A stretch of DNA of 64,000 nucleotides from an uncultured bacterium (lineage in GTDB: Bacteria > Margulisbacteria > WOR-1 > CAVSGV01): contig CAVYHE010000007.1 in NCBI GenBank assembly GCA_963768305.1, forward strand, positions 96,001 to 160,000, read 5' to 3'. Position numbers and translations under genes: made by a program. The notes beneath the pieces were generated by a model. The model searched no databases, was not told the DNA's origin, and was given only the letters and a program-made list of their open reading frames with translations. Positions 48,801-59,093 of the stretch are shown piece after piece. The stretch's first letter is position 1. The number at the start of each line of letters is the position of its first letter.

Positions 48801-49520
48801 ATGAAAAAATCAATGCTATTGGTCCTGGGTTGTGCTTTTATTTTTGCTTGCGGTTTCGCGGGGCCAGCTCCTTCGGCATCTTCCAGTAATCCATCAACCT
48901 TTTCAAGCAGCAATCCTTCTGCCGCTTCAAATGTTTATATGATCGAGGATTTCGAGTCAGGCAACTATACAGCAAATCCTGAATGGTGGAAGTTCGACAA
49001 CATCATCGCTACGGTAGTTAACAACGCGCAATTTCAGGGAGGCGACCCGGCAGTTGTCGCAGCGGTCGGAAAATACTCGCTTAATGTAACCGGCAGTGCC
49101 ACAGACTGGTACGCGGGCGGAATGGGAACATATCTCGCAAGAAAGAACAATGATCTGGGCAAATATACTGCCGTCCAGATGGACGTTTTCGGAAAAGGTC
49201 CCGGATCAGGAACAATAAAGATAGAGCTGGTTGATGATGATAAAGGCAACTGGCAGGTGGAGCAGGATTCAAAAGGCGTGCCGCTTTATGATGATCAGTT
49301 CGTTTATAACATAACAGTGGACTGGACAGGATGGAAAGGGGTTATCATTCCGTTCAGCGATTTCACTCTTGATAATCCAGGTAAAGGCGATGGCATACTG
49401 AATGTCGGTCAGAAGGATGGAAAGGGCGGGTTGCTACAAATGCAGCTCATTTTTATTGCTTCGAAGAAGACCGGCTCATTAAATTATAACGTTGATAACA
49501 TTTCACTGGTAAAGCAATAA
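48801..49520 (+). CDS. Exported carbohydrate-binding (CBM11-like) protein
   Basis: Signal peptide, Ser/Pro linker, IEDFE...VDWTGWKGVIIPFSDF...VDNI. Confidence 0.65.
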   Translation: MKKSMLLVLGCAFIFACGFAGPAPSASSSNPSTFSSSNPSAASNVYMIEDFESGNYTANPEWWKFDNIIATVVNNAQFQGGDPAVVAAVGKYSLNVTGSATDWYAGGMGTYLARKNNDLGKYTAVQMDVFGKGPGSGTIKIELVDDDKGNWQVEQDSKGVPLYDDQFVYNITVDWTGWKGVIIPFSDFTLDNPGKGDGILNVGQKDGKGGLLQMQLIFIASKKTGSLNYNVDNISLVKQ

Positions 49521-49521
49521 G

Positions 49522-50712
49522 TCAGATCCCGGCTTCTTTTTTCAGTATCGTTGCCTTGTCAGTTTTTTCCCAAGGAAGGTCAAGTTCCGGCCTTCCGAAA
49601 TGTCCGTAAGCCGCAACCTGCTTGTAAAGCGGCTTTCTCAGCCCCAAGTGCTTGATTATCATCCCGGGCCTGAAGTCAAAATGCTTTTCGATCAATTTGT
49701 TGATCTGCTCATCCGGTATCTTCCCTGTTCCGAATGTGTCAACCATTACAGAGAGAGGCTTCGCCACGCCGATAGCATAGGCGACCTGGACTTCGCACCT
49801 GGACGCGATGCCGGCCGCAACTATATTTTTCGCGACATATCTCATGATGTAGCTTCCTGAACGGTCGACTTTTGTCGGATCCTTCCCTGAAAAACATCCG
49901 CCGCCGTGATGCGCGCTTCCGCCGTAGGTGTCGATGATTATCTTGCGGCCGGTCAGTCCAGTATCTCCCTGCGGCCCGCCGATGACGAATCTGCCGGTGG
50001 GATTTACGTAGAACTTTGTCTTGCTGTCCATGAAATCAGCGGGAATTGTTTTTTTAATTACCTGTTCAATTATGTCTTCTTTGATCTTTCCATATTTAAC
50101 ATCCGGTGAGTGCTGGGCCGCGATGAGAACGCTATCCACCCTTACCGGCTTATTGCCGTCATATTCCACTGTTACCTGTGATTTGCCATCCGGCCTCAAG
50201 TATTTCAGCGTGCCGTTCTTTCTGATCTCCGCAAGTTTTTGCGCGAGTCTCTGAGCAAGTGTGATCGGCATCGGCATCAGTTCCGGGGTTTCATTTGTCG
50301 CGTACCCGAACATAAGCCCCTGGTCCCCTGCCCCGAGCCCTTCCAGGTCTTCATGGATAACCTCTCCGCCTTTGGATTCAAAGCTTTTGTCAACTCCCAT
50401 TGCAATATCCCGGGACTGTTCTTTGATCGAGATCATGACTCCGCAAGTTTCGTAGTCAAATCCTATGTCCCTGCTGACATATCCGATGTCGCGGATCGTA
50501 TTTCGAATGATGGTCGGCATATCAACGTAGCAGCCGGTAGTGATCTCCCCGGCAACGAAGACCAACCCGTTAGTGGTAAGCGCTTCGCACGCGACCCTTG
50601 CCTGCGGATCTTTTTCGATTATCGCGTCCAGTATCGCGTCCGCTATCTGGTCGCACATCTTGTCCGGATGCCCTTCCGTCACTGATTCCGAAGTGAACAA
50701 ATATCTGCTCAA
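49522..50712 (-). CDS. metK: S-adenosylmethionine synthetase
   Basis: [35 protein letters not shown]. Confidence 0.98.
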   Translation of the reverse strand: MSRYLFTSESVTEGHPDKMCDQIADAILDAIIEKDPQARVACEALTTNGLVFVAGEITTGCYVDMPTIIRNTIRDIGYVSRDIGFDYETCGVMISIKEQSRDIAMGVDKSFESKGGEVIHEDLEGLGAGDQGLMFGYATNETPELMPMPITLAQRLAQKLAEIRKNGTLKYLRPDGKSQVTVEYDGNKPVRVDSVLIAAQHSPDVKYGKIKEDIIEQVIKKTIPADFMDSKTKFYVNPTGRFVIGGPQGDTGLTGRKIIIDTYGGSAHHGGGCFSGKDPTKVDRSGSYIMRYVAKNIVAAGIASRCEVQVAYAIGVAKPLSVMVDTFGTGKIPDEQINKLIEKHFDFRPGMIIKHLGLRKPLYKQVAAYGHFGRPELDLPWEKTDKATILKKEAGI

Positions 50713-50790
50713 ACTGATCTACCTCCCGGATTTTTTTAATTATCAAAAAAACGAGAGGCAAGTATATCATCCGTGTGATAAAATGTCCAC

Positions 50791-51225
50791 GTGGGCAATT
50801 TAAGCGAACATTTCAATCACCAGGATTTCTTCTGCAAATGCGCCGCGTGCAAGATGAACAAAGAATACAAGATCCATCTTGGTCTTGTAGGGTCACTGGA
50901 AATGCTTGCGGTGAAACTGAATAAGCCTGTCAAGGTCAAGACGGCTTACAGATGCGAGGCGGAAAATGAGCGGATAGGCGGCGGAAGGAAAAGCTTCCAC
51001 GTATACGGCAAAGCAGCGCATATATATGTAGAGGGAATGCCCCCTCAGGAACTGTTCAAGCACGTCCGGGAAATAGAAGAAGTCAAAGGGATAGGCCTTA
51101 ATCTGGATGACGGAACGGTACATGTGGACCTGCGGAACGAACCTGAAAGAGCGGAATGGGTAAAAGATAAAGGCAAGTATATCCCTCTGACTGCGGATAA
51201 GAAGCATCAGTTCGGCCTTGAATAA
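50791..51225 (+). CDS. Peptidase M15 (YcbK/D-Ala-D-Ala carboxypeptidase) family protein
   Basis: LSEHF..FFCKC, AYRC..N..IGG..SFHVYGKAA, VHVDLR. Confidence 0.8.
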   Translation: MGNLSEHFNHQDFFCKCAACKMNKEYKIHLGLVGSLEMLAVKLNKPVKVKTAYRCEAENERIGGGRKSFHVYGKAAHIYVEGMPPQELFKHVREIEEVKGIGLNLDDGTVHVDLRNEPERAEWVKDKGKYIPLTADKKHQFGLE

Positions 51226-52113
51226 ATGAAGCTGCTCATTGAGCCTTTCCATGCATATCTAAGAAATGAACTTAATCTATCGCCGCATACTATTCTTGCT
51301 TATGTTCGCGATGTTGGCCAGTTCATCGGATTCGTGAACAGCAAAGGAACTCTTTATGATGACCCGCACAGGATTGATCCCGCGTTCGCCAGGTCTTATC
51401 TGCGGTGGTTGGAGCTGAAGAATTTCTCAAAAAAGTCCGTCGCCAGAAAAATATCATCATGCAGGGCATTCTTCAGGTACTTGTTAAGGGAGGACAAGGT
51501 AAAGCTTAATCCTTTCGAGCATATATTGAGCCCGAAGCTCGGTAAAAGGCTTCCTTCTTTTCTTTATCCTGAAGAAGTTGTCAAGCTTCTGAACGCCGTC
51601 AATCTTAAGCATAAGGTCGGCCTTCGTGATCTGGCGATACTGGAGCTTATATACGCGTCTGGAATGAGGGTTGGCGAAGTAGCAAAGTTAATGGCTGATA
51701 ATGTAGACCTTGTAAGCGGAGAAGTGCTGGTACAGGGAAAAGGCGCCAGGGAAAGAGTTGTCCTGATCGGTTCTCATGCAATTTCATCAGTAAGAGATTA
51801 TCTTTCGTCCGCCAGTTACGCAGCTAAAGAGAAGCGACCGCTGTTCATGGGCAGGAGAGGAACAAGGCTGACAAGCAGGTCAATTGAAAGGATGATCAGG
51901 AAATACGCGCGGAAAGCCGGACTTAAGGGCCGCGTAACTCCGCACACGCTGAGGCATTCATTCGCTACGCATCTTTTAAGCGGCGGGGCGGACCTCAAGA
52001 TCGTTCAGGAGCTTTTGGGCCACTCATCCCTTTCAACGACACAGGTCTACACTCATATTACAAAGGAAAGATTGAAATCCATCTATGATAAGGCGCATCC
52101 ACGGGCTAAGTAG
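51226..52113 (+). CDS. xerC: Tyrosine recombinase XerC/XerD
   Basis: RDLAILELIYASGMRVGE, GKG, HTLRHSFATHLL, LLGH, TTQVYTH. Confidence 0.85.
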   Translation: MKLLIEPFHAYLRNELNLSPHTILAYVRDVGQFIGFVNSKGTLYDDPHRIDPAFARSYLRWLELKNFSKKSVARKISSCRAFFRYLLREDKVKLNPFEHILSPKLGKRLPSFLYPEEVVKLLNAVNLKHKVGLRDLAILELIYASGMRVGEVAKLMADNVDLVSGEVLVQGKGARERVVLIGSHAISSVRDYLSSASYAAKEKRPLFMGRRGTRLTSRSIERMIRKYARKAGLKGRVTPHTLRHSFATHLLSGGADLKIVQELLGHSSLSTTQVYTHITKERLKSIYDKAHPRAK

Positions 52114-52134
52114 GCTTGCGGGCTTTATTCTCAA

Positions 52135-52163
52135 TTGACATCCCCTTCCCACGCCTATATAAT
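52135..52163 (+). promoter_or_regulatory. Consensus sigma70 promoter of the yceD-rpmF-plsX-fab operon
   Basis: TTGACA(52135-52140)-N17-TATAAT(52158-52163). Confidence 0.85.
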
Positions 52164-52178
52164 TGCTTTTTGTTTTTT

Positions 52179-52200
52179 GCCTGCCTGCCAGCAGGCAGGC
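52179..52200. repeat. 22-bp palindrome GCCTGCCTGC-CA-GCAGGCAGGC in the operon leader
   Basis: Perfect 10-bp inverted repeat. Confidence 0.7.
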
Positions 52201-52235
52201 CCGACGCCCTGGTATGATCGAAGGAGGAAAGTGCC

Positions 52236-52724
52236 GTGAAGATCGACGTCACCGACCTGCTGAAAAGCGTCGGAGCCGAGTTAAAGATAGATAGACGCGA
52301 ATCTCTGGTTTTTGAAGATGCCATTGAATTGACGTCCCCGGTCCAGGTAAAGCTGAAATTGACGAATACGGGAGAGACGATTTTAGTCTCCGGAACCATA
52401 AAAACTGACTTGAAATTGTGCTGCTGCCGGTGTTTAAAAGATTTCAAGTATCCGGTGAACATCAAGATCGAAGAAGAGTATAGTAAAAAAAGTCCCGTTA
52501 TCAGGTCGAAAAATAAAGAAATTGAATTGAAGGAAAAAGACTTCGTTTTTGAGATCGGCGGGAACAATATCATAGATCTGGATGAAGCAATAAGGCAGAA
52601 TTTGATAGTTAACATTCCTATCAAGCCGATATGCAGCAAGACCTGTAAGATCGAAAGTATCTCGGTAGATAAAGGTAAAAGCATTGATCCGAGGCTGTTA
52701 AAGTTGAAAAATTTAAATATCTAG
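52236..52724 (+). CDS. yceD: YceD/DUF177 family protein
   Basis: CCRCL and PIKPICSKTCK...DPRL; upstream of rpmF. Confidence 0.9.
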   Translation: MKIDVTDLLKSVGAELKIDRRESLVFEDAIELTSPVQVKLKLTNTGETILVSGTIKTDLKLCCCRCLKDFKYPVNIKIEEEYSKKSPVIRSKNKEIELKEKDFVFEIGGNNIIDLDEAIRQNLIVNIPIKPICSKTCKIESISVDKGKSIDPRLLKLKNLNI

Positions 52725-52735
52725 GAGGACTAAAA

Positions 52736-52975
52736 ATGCCAGTACCGAAGAAAAGACACTCGAACACAAGGACCCGCACAAGAAGAGCGAACTGGAAGCT
52801 GACAGCGATGAACCTAGGTGAATGCCCGCAGTGCCACTCAAAAGTGATGTCCCACCACGCTTGCCCCGTTTGCGGAACTTATCAGGGGAGAACGGTGCTT
52901 AAAATAGAGACAGGAGATAAAAAGAAACACCACGGCAAACACGAGTCAGGCGGCGAGGAGAAGGCCAAGTCTTGA
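52736..52975 (+). CDS. rpmF: 50S ribosomal protein L32
   Basis: MPVPKKRHSNTR, CPQC, HHACPVCGTY. Confidence 0.96.
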   Translation: MPVPKKRHSNTRTRTRRANWKLTAMNLGECPQCHSKVMSHHACPVCGTYQGRTVLKIETGDKKKHHGKHESGGEEKAKS

Positions 52976-53961
52976 TCCGAATAGCTCTTGACGCCATGGG
53001 CGGGGATTTTGCACCCGCCGAAACAATAAAGGGCGCGATACAGGCGCTGGCCGGATCGGATAATATAGATATCATCCTCGTAGGCCAGGAAGAACGGATA
53101 AAAAAAGAGCTGAGACGATACAAGCACATTTCTGGCATATCAATCGTTAATGCGACCGAAATCATCTCCACGAGCGAATCTCCCATTCAGGCCATAAAAC
53201 AAAAGAAAGATTCTTCTATCAATATAGCTGTATCCCTCGTCAAAGAAGGGAAAGCTGAAGCCATTGTTTCCGCCGGGAACACCGGCGCGTTAATGGCTTC
53301 CGCGCTCTTCGGGCTTGGAAGGATACCGGGAATTGAACGACCTGCAATAGCATCGGTATTCCCGTCAAGAAAGGGTAATGTCGTCCTTCTGGACATGGGC
53401 GCGAACGTGGACTGCAAACCGAAGCATCTTGTTCAGTTCGCAAAAATGGGAAGCGAATACGCGGAACGCGTCCTGAAGATAAATAATCCTAAGATTGGCC
53501 TCCTGAATATCGGTGAAGAGCCTGAAAAGGGAAATGAGCTCACGACCTCCACATATCCCCTCCTGAAAGAGACCAGCCTGAATTTTGCCGGAATGGTAGA
53601 AAGCAAAGAGATCTTTTCCGGAAAAGTAGATGTTGTGGTCTGCGACGGATTCATAGGCAATCTGATATTGAAATTCGGGGAATCTACGGCAGGTTTCTTG
53701 TTTGACCTGATAAAAGAAGAGCTTTCAAAACATCCCATAATGAAACTTGGGGTTCTTTTCCTGATACCCGCACTTAAAAGGATAAGCAAAAAAGTGGATT
53801 ACGACGAGTTCGGAGGCGCGCAGCTTCTGGGCCTTAACGGCGTTGCCATTAAAGCGCACGGAAGGGCGAAAGCAAAAGCGATCAAGAACGCGATCAGGGT
53901 AGCGGCGGAATCGGTCAGCGGCGAAGTTGTCTCTTATATTTCAAAAGCGGGGGAACTATAA
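52972..53961 (+). CDS. plsX: Phosphate acyltransferase PlsX
   Basis: IALDAMGGDFAP, SAGNTGA, LDMGANVD, CDGFIGN. Confidence 0.97.
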   Translation: MIRIALDAMGGDFAPAETIKGAIQALAGSDNIDIILVGQEERIKKELRRYKHISGISIVNATEIISTSESPIQAIKQKKDSSINIAVSLVKEGKAEAIVSAGNTGALMASALFGLGRIPGIERPAIASVFPSRKGNVVLLDMGANVDCKPKHLVQFAKMGSEYAERVLKINNPKIGLLNIGEEPEKGNELTTSTYPLLKETSLNFAGMVESKEIFSGKVDVVVCDGFIGNLILKFGESTAGFLFDLIKEELSKHPIMKLGVLFLIPALKRISKKVDYDEFGGAQLLGLNGVAIKAHGRAKAKAIKNAIRVAAESVSGEVVSYISKAGEL

Positions 53962-54924
53962 GTGAAAAGGGCCTCGATCATAGGGACCGGTTCGTATCTC
54001 CCCGAAAAGATCCTCACTAATTTCGACCTTTCAAAAATGGTGGAAACTTCCGACGAATGGATACGGGAAAGGACCGGCATTAAGGAAAGAAGAATCTCCG
54101 CAAAGAATGAGGCTACTTCCGATCTGGGTGTTAAAGCGGCAAAAAAAGCGCTGTCCTCAGCCGGTATCAATCCGGACAAAATTGAACTTATTATAGTAGG
54201 CACATCCAGCCCTGACATGCTTTTCCCGTCCACCGCCTGCATCATACAGGACCAGCTTGGCGCCGTGAACTCGGCGGCTTTTGATGTTTCAGCCGCGTGC
54301 TCCGGATTCAACTATGCTCTAGCAGCTGCCGCAAGCTTTATTGAATCCGGCGCGTATAACAATGTATTGGTCGTAGGCGCTGACACGCTTACCAAGTACC
54401 TGGACTGGACAGACAGGAACACCTGCATCCTGTTCGGCGACGGCGCCGGAGCAGTGATGTTGAATGCTTCAACTGACGGCAGCGGAGTTCTTGCAAGCTA
54501 CCTGGGAGCCGAAGGCTCCGGCGGAAAATACCTGATAATGCCTGGAGGCGGCTCCAGGGACCCGGAAGCAAAGAAAAGGTTCATCTGGATGGACGGCAAG
54601 GAAGTTTTCAAGTTCGCGGTGAAAGTCCTGCCTAAATGCGTGAAGAAAGTCCTGGAAAAAGCCTCGCTTACGGTAAATGACGTTTCCCTCCTGATCCCGC
54701 ACCAGGCGAACATGAGGATAGTTGATTTTGCCGTTAAGAATCTTGGCTTGTCAAAAGATAAGGTTTATGTTAACCTCGACAAATACGGAAATACCTCGGC
54801 AGCCTCAATCCCCATAGCGCTTGATGAAGCGTCAAAAGAAGGAAAGATCAAGAAAGGGGACATTGTCACGCTGGCGGGGTTCGGAGCGGGCCTGACGTAC
54901 GGCTCCAATATCATAAAGTGGTGA
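53962..54924 (+). CDS. fabH: 3-oxoacyl-ACP synthase III
   Basis: AACSGF, FGDGAGA, PHQAN, GNTSAAS. Confidence 0.96.
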   Translation: MKRASIIGTGSYLPEKILTNFDLSKMVETSDEWIRERTGIKERRISAKNEATSDLGVKAAKKALSSAGINPDKIELIIVGTSSPDMLFPSTACIIQDQLGAVNSAAFDVSAACSGFNYALAAAASFIESGAYNNVLVVGADTLTKYLDWTDRNTCILFGDGAGAVMLNASTDGSGVLASYLGAEGSGGKYLIMPGGGSRDPEAKKRFIWMDGKEVFKFAVKVLPKCVKKVLEKASLTVNDVSLLIPHQANMRIVDFAVKNLGLSKDKVYVNLDKYGNTSAASIPIALDEASKEGKIKKGDIVTLAGFGAGLTYGSNIIKW

Positions 54925-54953
54925 TCGTTTTTTTACGGGAGGTCGGATAAAAA

Positions 54954-56111
54954 ATGGATTACGGGATGAATGAAGAGCAAAAAATGATCCAGGACCTGGC
55001 GAAAAAGATCGCAGTGGAAAAGGCGCTCCCATTGAGAGAGGAGCTGGACATAAGCGGGGAATTCCCATGGCCTGTGGTGAAAGCCCTGGCAGAATCAAAT
55101 CTCACCGGCATCGGCATTGAGGAAAAATACGAAGGCATAGGCAAGGGAGTATTTGAATACTGCATCGTTACGGAACAGCTTAGCATCATCTGCGGGGGCA
55201 TCGCTCTGGCATTCGCGGCAACCGGGCTCGGGACCATGCCGATCATAATGTTCGGCAATGAAGAACAAAAACAAAAATACCTTCCTCCTATTGCAAGGGG
55301 CGAAAAGCTTGCCGCATTCGGGCTTACCGAAGCTAACGCCGGCTCTGACGCCGGAGGAATGCAGACAACCGCAAAGAAAGACGGGGACTATTTCATCCTT
55401 AACGGCACAAAACAATGGATAACGAACGGCGGAGAAGCTGAAACATATTCCGTGATCGCGATAACGGACAGGAAAAAAGGCGCCAGGGGGGCTTCAGCTT
55501 TCATACTGGAGAAAGATATGCCGGGATTCACCTTCGGGAAAAAAGAGAACAAGATGGGCATTCGCGCATCAGCAACAAGGGAGCTGGTCTTTCAGGATTG
55601 CAAAGTGCATAAAAGCCAGATGCTTGGAAAAGAAGGAATGGGATTCATTGTCGCAATGAAAACATTGGACAGGACAAGGCCGGGAATAGCTGCCCAGGCT
55701 GTTGGCATCGCTCAGGGCGCATTGAATGAAGCGCTCAAATATACAAGGCAGAGAGAGCAGTTCGGCGCGAAAATAAGCACTTTCCAGGCAGTTCAGCACA
55801 TACTCGCGGATATGGCCACTCAGGTGGAAGCGGCCAGGGCGCTTGTTTATGCGACTGCAAGAACGATAGATTCCGGTTCAGGCGAGACCTCAAAGGTATC
55901 CGCAATGTGCAAGCTGATGGCATCGGACACCGCTATGAGGGTCACGACCGACGCGGTCCAGCTTTTCGGCGGATACGGCTACATGAAGGAATATCCGGTC
56001 GAGAAGATGATGAGGGACGCGAAGATAACCCAAATTTATGAAGGCACCAACCAGATCCAGCGCAATGTCATCGCGCTGGAACTCATCAAGGAGCTTGCCG
56101 CCAAGAAATAG
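54954..56111 (+). CDS. Acyl-CoA dehydrogenase (butyryl-CoA dehydrogenase-like)
   Basis: FGLTEANAGSDA, LNGTKQWITN, REQFG, GGYGY, ITQIYEGTNQIQR. Confidence 0.93.
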   Translation: MDYGMNEEQKMIQDLAKKIAVEKALPLREELDISGEFPWPVVKALAESNLTGIGIEEKYEGIGKGVFEYCIVTEQLSIICGGIALAFAATGLGTMPIIMFGNEEQKQKYLPPIARGEKLAAFGLTEANAGSDAGGMQTTAKKDGDYFILNGTKQWITNGGEAETYSVIAITDRKKGARGASAFILEKDMPGFTFGKKENKMGIRASATRELVFQDCKVHKSQMLGKEGMGFIVAMKTLDRTRPGIAAQAVGIAQGALNEALKYTRQREQFGAKISTFQAVQHILADMATQVEAARALVYATARTIDSGSGETSKVSAMCKLMASDTAMRVTTDAVQLFGGYGYMKEYPVEKMMRDAKITQIYEGTNQIQRNVIALELIKELAAKK

Positions 56112-56113
56112 AA

Positions 56114-56896
56114 ATGAACATCATCGTCTGCATTAAACAGGTCCCCGGAACGACGCAGGTAAAAATAAACCCCGAAACGAACACGCTCATCAGAGAAGGC
56201 GTGGAAGCCATTATTAATCCCTTCGATGAAAATGCGGTGGAAGCCGCGCTGCAGCTCCGCGACAAGCACGGCGGAAAGGTAACGGTAATAACAATGGGTC
56301 CTCCTCAGGCTATCAGCGCCCTAAAAGACACTATAGCGCTCGGGGCGGATGAGGCGATACTCATCTCCGACAGGGCATTCGCCGGTTCTGACACATGGGC
56401 AACTGCATACACGCTTTCACAGACGATAAAAAAGATCGGCGCTTTTGACCTTGTGATATGCGGGAAACAGGCCATAGACGGCGATACCGCGCAGGTAGGG
56501 CCGGGCGTCGCGGAATTCCTTAATCTTCCTCAGGTGACTTTCGCCATAGGAGTTGAGATCAACGGTGATATGATGAAGGTCAACCGATTGCTTGAAGAAA
56601 CAAATGAGATCGTGGAGGTCAAGCTTCCCGCCGTTATTACGGTAGTAAAACAGATGAATATTCCCCGCATGCCTTCGTTCAAGGGAAAGATCAAGGCGAA
56701 AAATGCAGTGATACCTGTTTGGGGCGCAAAAGACATCAATGGGCAGGACGGCTGCATGGGCCAGAAAGGCTCCCCGACATCTGTCATAAAGATATTCACT
56801 CCTCCGCCAAAAGGCGGCGGGGAGATCCTTCAGGGCTCCAGTGATGAAATGGTGGATACACTTGTAAAAAAACTCCGTGACAGGAAGGTCTGCTGA
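56114..56896 (+). CDS. etfB: Electron transfer flavoprotein beta subunit
   Basis: CIKQVP, NPFD, FAGSDTWAT, GKQAIDGDTAQVGP. Confidence 0.95.
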   Translation: MNIIVCIKQVPGTTQVKINPETNTLIREGVEAIINPFDENAVEAALQLRDKHGGKVTVITMGPPQAISALKDTIALGADEAILISDRAFAGSDTWATAYTLSQTIKKIGAFDLVICGKQAIDGDTAQVGPGVAEFLNLPQVTFAIGVEINGDMMKVNRLLEETNEIVEVKLPAVITVVKQMNIPRMPSFKGKIKAKNAVIPVWGAKDINGQDGCMGQKGSPTSVIKIFTPPPKGGGEILQGSSDEMVDTLVKKLRDRKVC

Positions 56897-58092
56897 TGGG
56901 AATCAGGATCATTAACGATAAGTGTATCGGCTGTAAATTGTGCGTGCCCGCCTGCCCGCTCGGCGCCATAAAAGTTGAGAACAAAAAGGCGATCATCGAC
57001 CTTGATAAATGCAATCTCTGCGGCGCGTGCCCTTCCTCATGCAAATTCAACGCCATTGAGATCACAAAGGAAGATGTTAGTGTCGTTGATAAGAGCTTAT
57101 ATAAGAATATATGGGTCTTTGCGGAACAATGTGAAAATGACGTCCATCCTGTCGCATTGGAGCTGCTTGGCGAAGGAAGAAAACTGGCGGACGACCTCGG
57201 TGTTGAACTGTGCGCTCTGCTCCTTGGCAGCGCGGACATTGAAAAAGAAATAAAAAAATTGATTGAATGCGGGGCTGACAAAGTTTATATCGCAACGGCT
57301 CCGGAGTTAAAACATTACAGCACCCTCCCCTATTCTTCGATAATTTCCGGAATGATAAAACAGTACAGGCCGGAGATCGTGCTTTTCGGTGCAACAACCA
57401 CGGGCCGCGATCTCGCATCCAGGATAGCCGCAAGGATAAACGCAGGTCTCACCGCTGACTGCACCGGTCTTGCAATAGACAAGGAAACTAAACTCCTTCT
57501 GCAAACCCGCCCGGCTTTCGGCGGTAACATAATGGCAACTATCATATGCAAGAACCACAGGCCGCAAATGGCGACCGTAAGGCCGAAGGTTTTCAAGAAA
57601 GCCGTGCCGGACAGTTCAAGAAAAGGACAAATTATTAAAGTTCCCGCAAAAATCGATCAGGGCGATCTGCTGGTCAAGCTGGTTGAAATCATAAAAGACT
57701 CGACGGTAAAAGTTAATCTGGCCGAAGCCGAAATAATCGTTTCCGGCGGAAGAGGGCTTCAGGCTCCCGAAAATTTCAAACTCGTTGAGGAACTTGCGAG
57801 CGTAATCGGCGGCGCGGTGGGAGCTTCGCGCGCGACAGTTGACGCAGGCTGGATATCTTCTCATCATCAGGTCGGGCAGACCGGGAAAACCGTATGCCCC
57901 AAGCTTTACATAGCTGTCGGCATTTCAGGCGCCATCCAGCATTTGGCCGGCATGGGTTCGTCTGAGATCATCGTCGCCATCAACAAGGACCCGGATGCGC
58001 CGATTTTCAAGGTCGCGACCTACGGCATCGTGGCGGATCTTTTCGAGATCGTTCCGAAATTGACAAGAAAATTGAAAGAAGTCAGGGGCTAA
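56896..58092 (+). CDS. etfA: Electron transfer flavoprotein alpha subunit with N-terminal 2x[4Fe-4S] ferredoxin domain
   Basis: [12 protein letters not shown] and [39 protein letters not shown]. Confidence 0.95.
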   Translation: MGIRIINDKCIGCKLCVPACPLGAIKVENKKAIIDLDKCNLCGACPSSCKFNAIEITKEDVSVVDKSLYKNIWVFAEQCENDVHPVALELLGEGRKLADDLGVELCALLLGSADIEKEIKKLIECGADKVYIATAPELKHYSTLPYSSIISGMIKQYRPEIVLFGATTTGRDLASRIAARINAGLTADCTGLAIDKETKLLLQTRPAFGGNIMATIICKNHRPQMATVRPKVFKKAVPDSSRKGQIIKVPAKIDQGDLLVKLVEIIKDSTVKVNLAEAEIIVSGGRGLQAPENFKLVEELASVIGGAVGASRATVDAGWISSHHQVGQTGKTVCPKLYIAVGISGAIQHLAGMGSSEIIVAINKDPDAPIFKVATYGIVADLFEIVPKLTRKLKEVRG

Positions 58093-58100
58093 AAAAATAC

Positions 58101-58127
58101 GGAACCTGCGACTGAAGTCGCGGTTCC
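58101..58127. repeat. REP-like palindrome, copy 2 (GGAACCTGCGACTGAAGTCGCGGTTCC)
   Basis: Exact reverse complement of 7174-7200; intergenic between etfA and fabD. Confidence 0.85.
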
Positions 58128-58147
58128 CATCTAGAAAGGTTTTGTAA

Positions 58148-59083
58148 ATGGCTAAAGTTGCTCTTGTATTCCCAGGTCAGGGCTCCCAATATGTCGGGAT
58201 GGGCAAGGACCTAGCTGAAAAATTCAGCTACGCGAAAAAATTCTTTGATGAAGCCAATGATGCTCTCGGATTTAACCTTTCGAAGCTTTGCCTTGAAGGG
58301 CCGGAGGAAGAGCTGAGAAAGACCGAGATCACCCAGCCGGCGATATTGACCGTGTCTGCAATGTGCCTGGAAGCGATAAGGTCTTTCGGGAAAATAAACG
58401 CGGAAGCGGTGGCAGGGCACAGCTTGGGAGAGTATACCGCTTTATACGCGGCGGGTTCTTTGAATTTCAGGGAAGCGATCAAGCTTGTGCATCTGCGCGG
58501 GCAATTCATGCAAACCGCTGTGCCTCTCGGAGAAGGGACAATGGCTGCGATACTAGGGCTTGATCATAATACCGTAAAAGCTATATGCATTATGGCATCC
58601 GCCATGGGAACGGTTGAAGCGGCAAATATCAACAGCCCGGGCCAGATAATAATTTCGGGGAAAGTCGCGGGAGTGGCGGAAGCCGAGCGGCTCTGCAAGG
58701 AAGCCGGCGCAAAAAGGGTGATGGAGCTTCAAGTGAGCGCGCCTTTCCATTCCAGCCTGATGAAGCCGGCGGCTGACATGCTTGCAGAAGTTTTGGGGAA
58801 ATTGAATTTCAAGGATCCGTCGGTGCCGGTGGTATCGAACGTGACAGCGGATTATGTGACAAGCGGAACCACAGCAAAGGAGCTTTTGATAAAACAGATG
58901 ACGTCCCCCGTTCTTTGGGAAGATTCCATAAGAAAAATGGCGGCAGATGGATTTGATTCTTTTATCGAGGTCGGACCGGGAAAAGTCCTTGCTGGATTAA
59001 TTAAGAAGATAGAACCGAAAGCAAAGATGTATAATGTGGCCGATGCGGCGACTCTCGGGACCTTTTTAGGAAGCTTTACATAG
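58148..59083 (+). CDS. fabD: Malonyl-CoA:ACP transacylase
   Basis: FPGQGSQ, TQPAI, GHSLGEY, SAPFHS. Confidence 0.97.
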   Translation: MAKVALVFPGQGSQYVGMGKDLAEKFSYAKKFFDEANDALGFNLSKLCLEGPEEELRKTEITQPAILTVSAMCLEAIRSFGKINAEAVAGHSLGEYTALYAAGSLNFREAIKLVHLRGQFMQTAVPLGEGTMAAILGLDHNTVKAICIMASAMGTVEAANINSPGQIIISGKVAGVAEAERLCKEAGAKRVMELQVSAPFHSSLMKPAADMLAEVLGKLNFKDPSVPVVSNVTADYVTSGTTAKELLIKQMTSPVLWEDSIRKMAADGFDSFIEVGPGKVLAGLIKKIEPKAKMYNVADAATLGTFLGSFT

Positions 59084-59093
59084 GAGGTTGACT

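Noticed and set aside
50713..50790. SAM riboswitch upstream of metK
   Set aside because: The gap is under 80 nt and is filled by divergent promoter motifs; no S-box consensus visible
51226..52113. Prophage or island integrase
   Set aside because: Size and motifs fit housekeeping XerC/D; flanked by core genes, with no att repeats or phage genes seen
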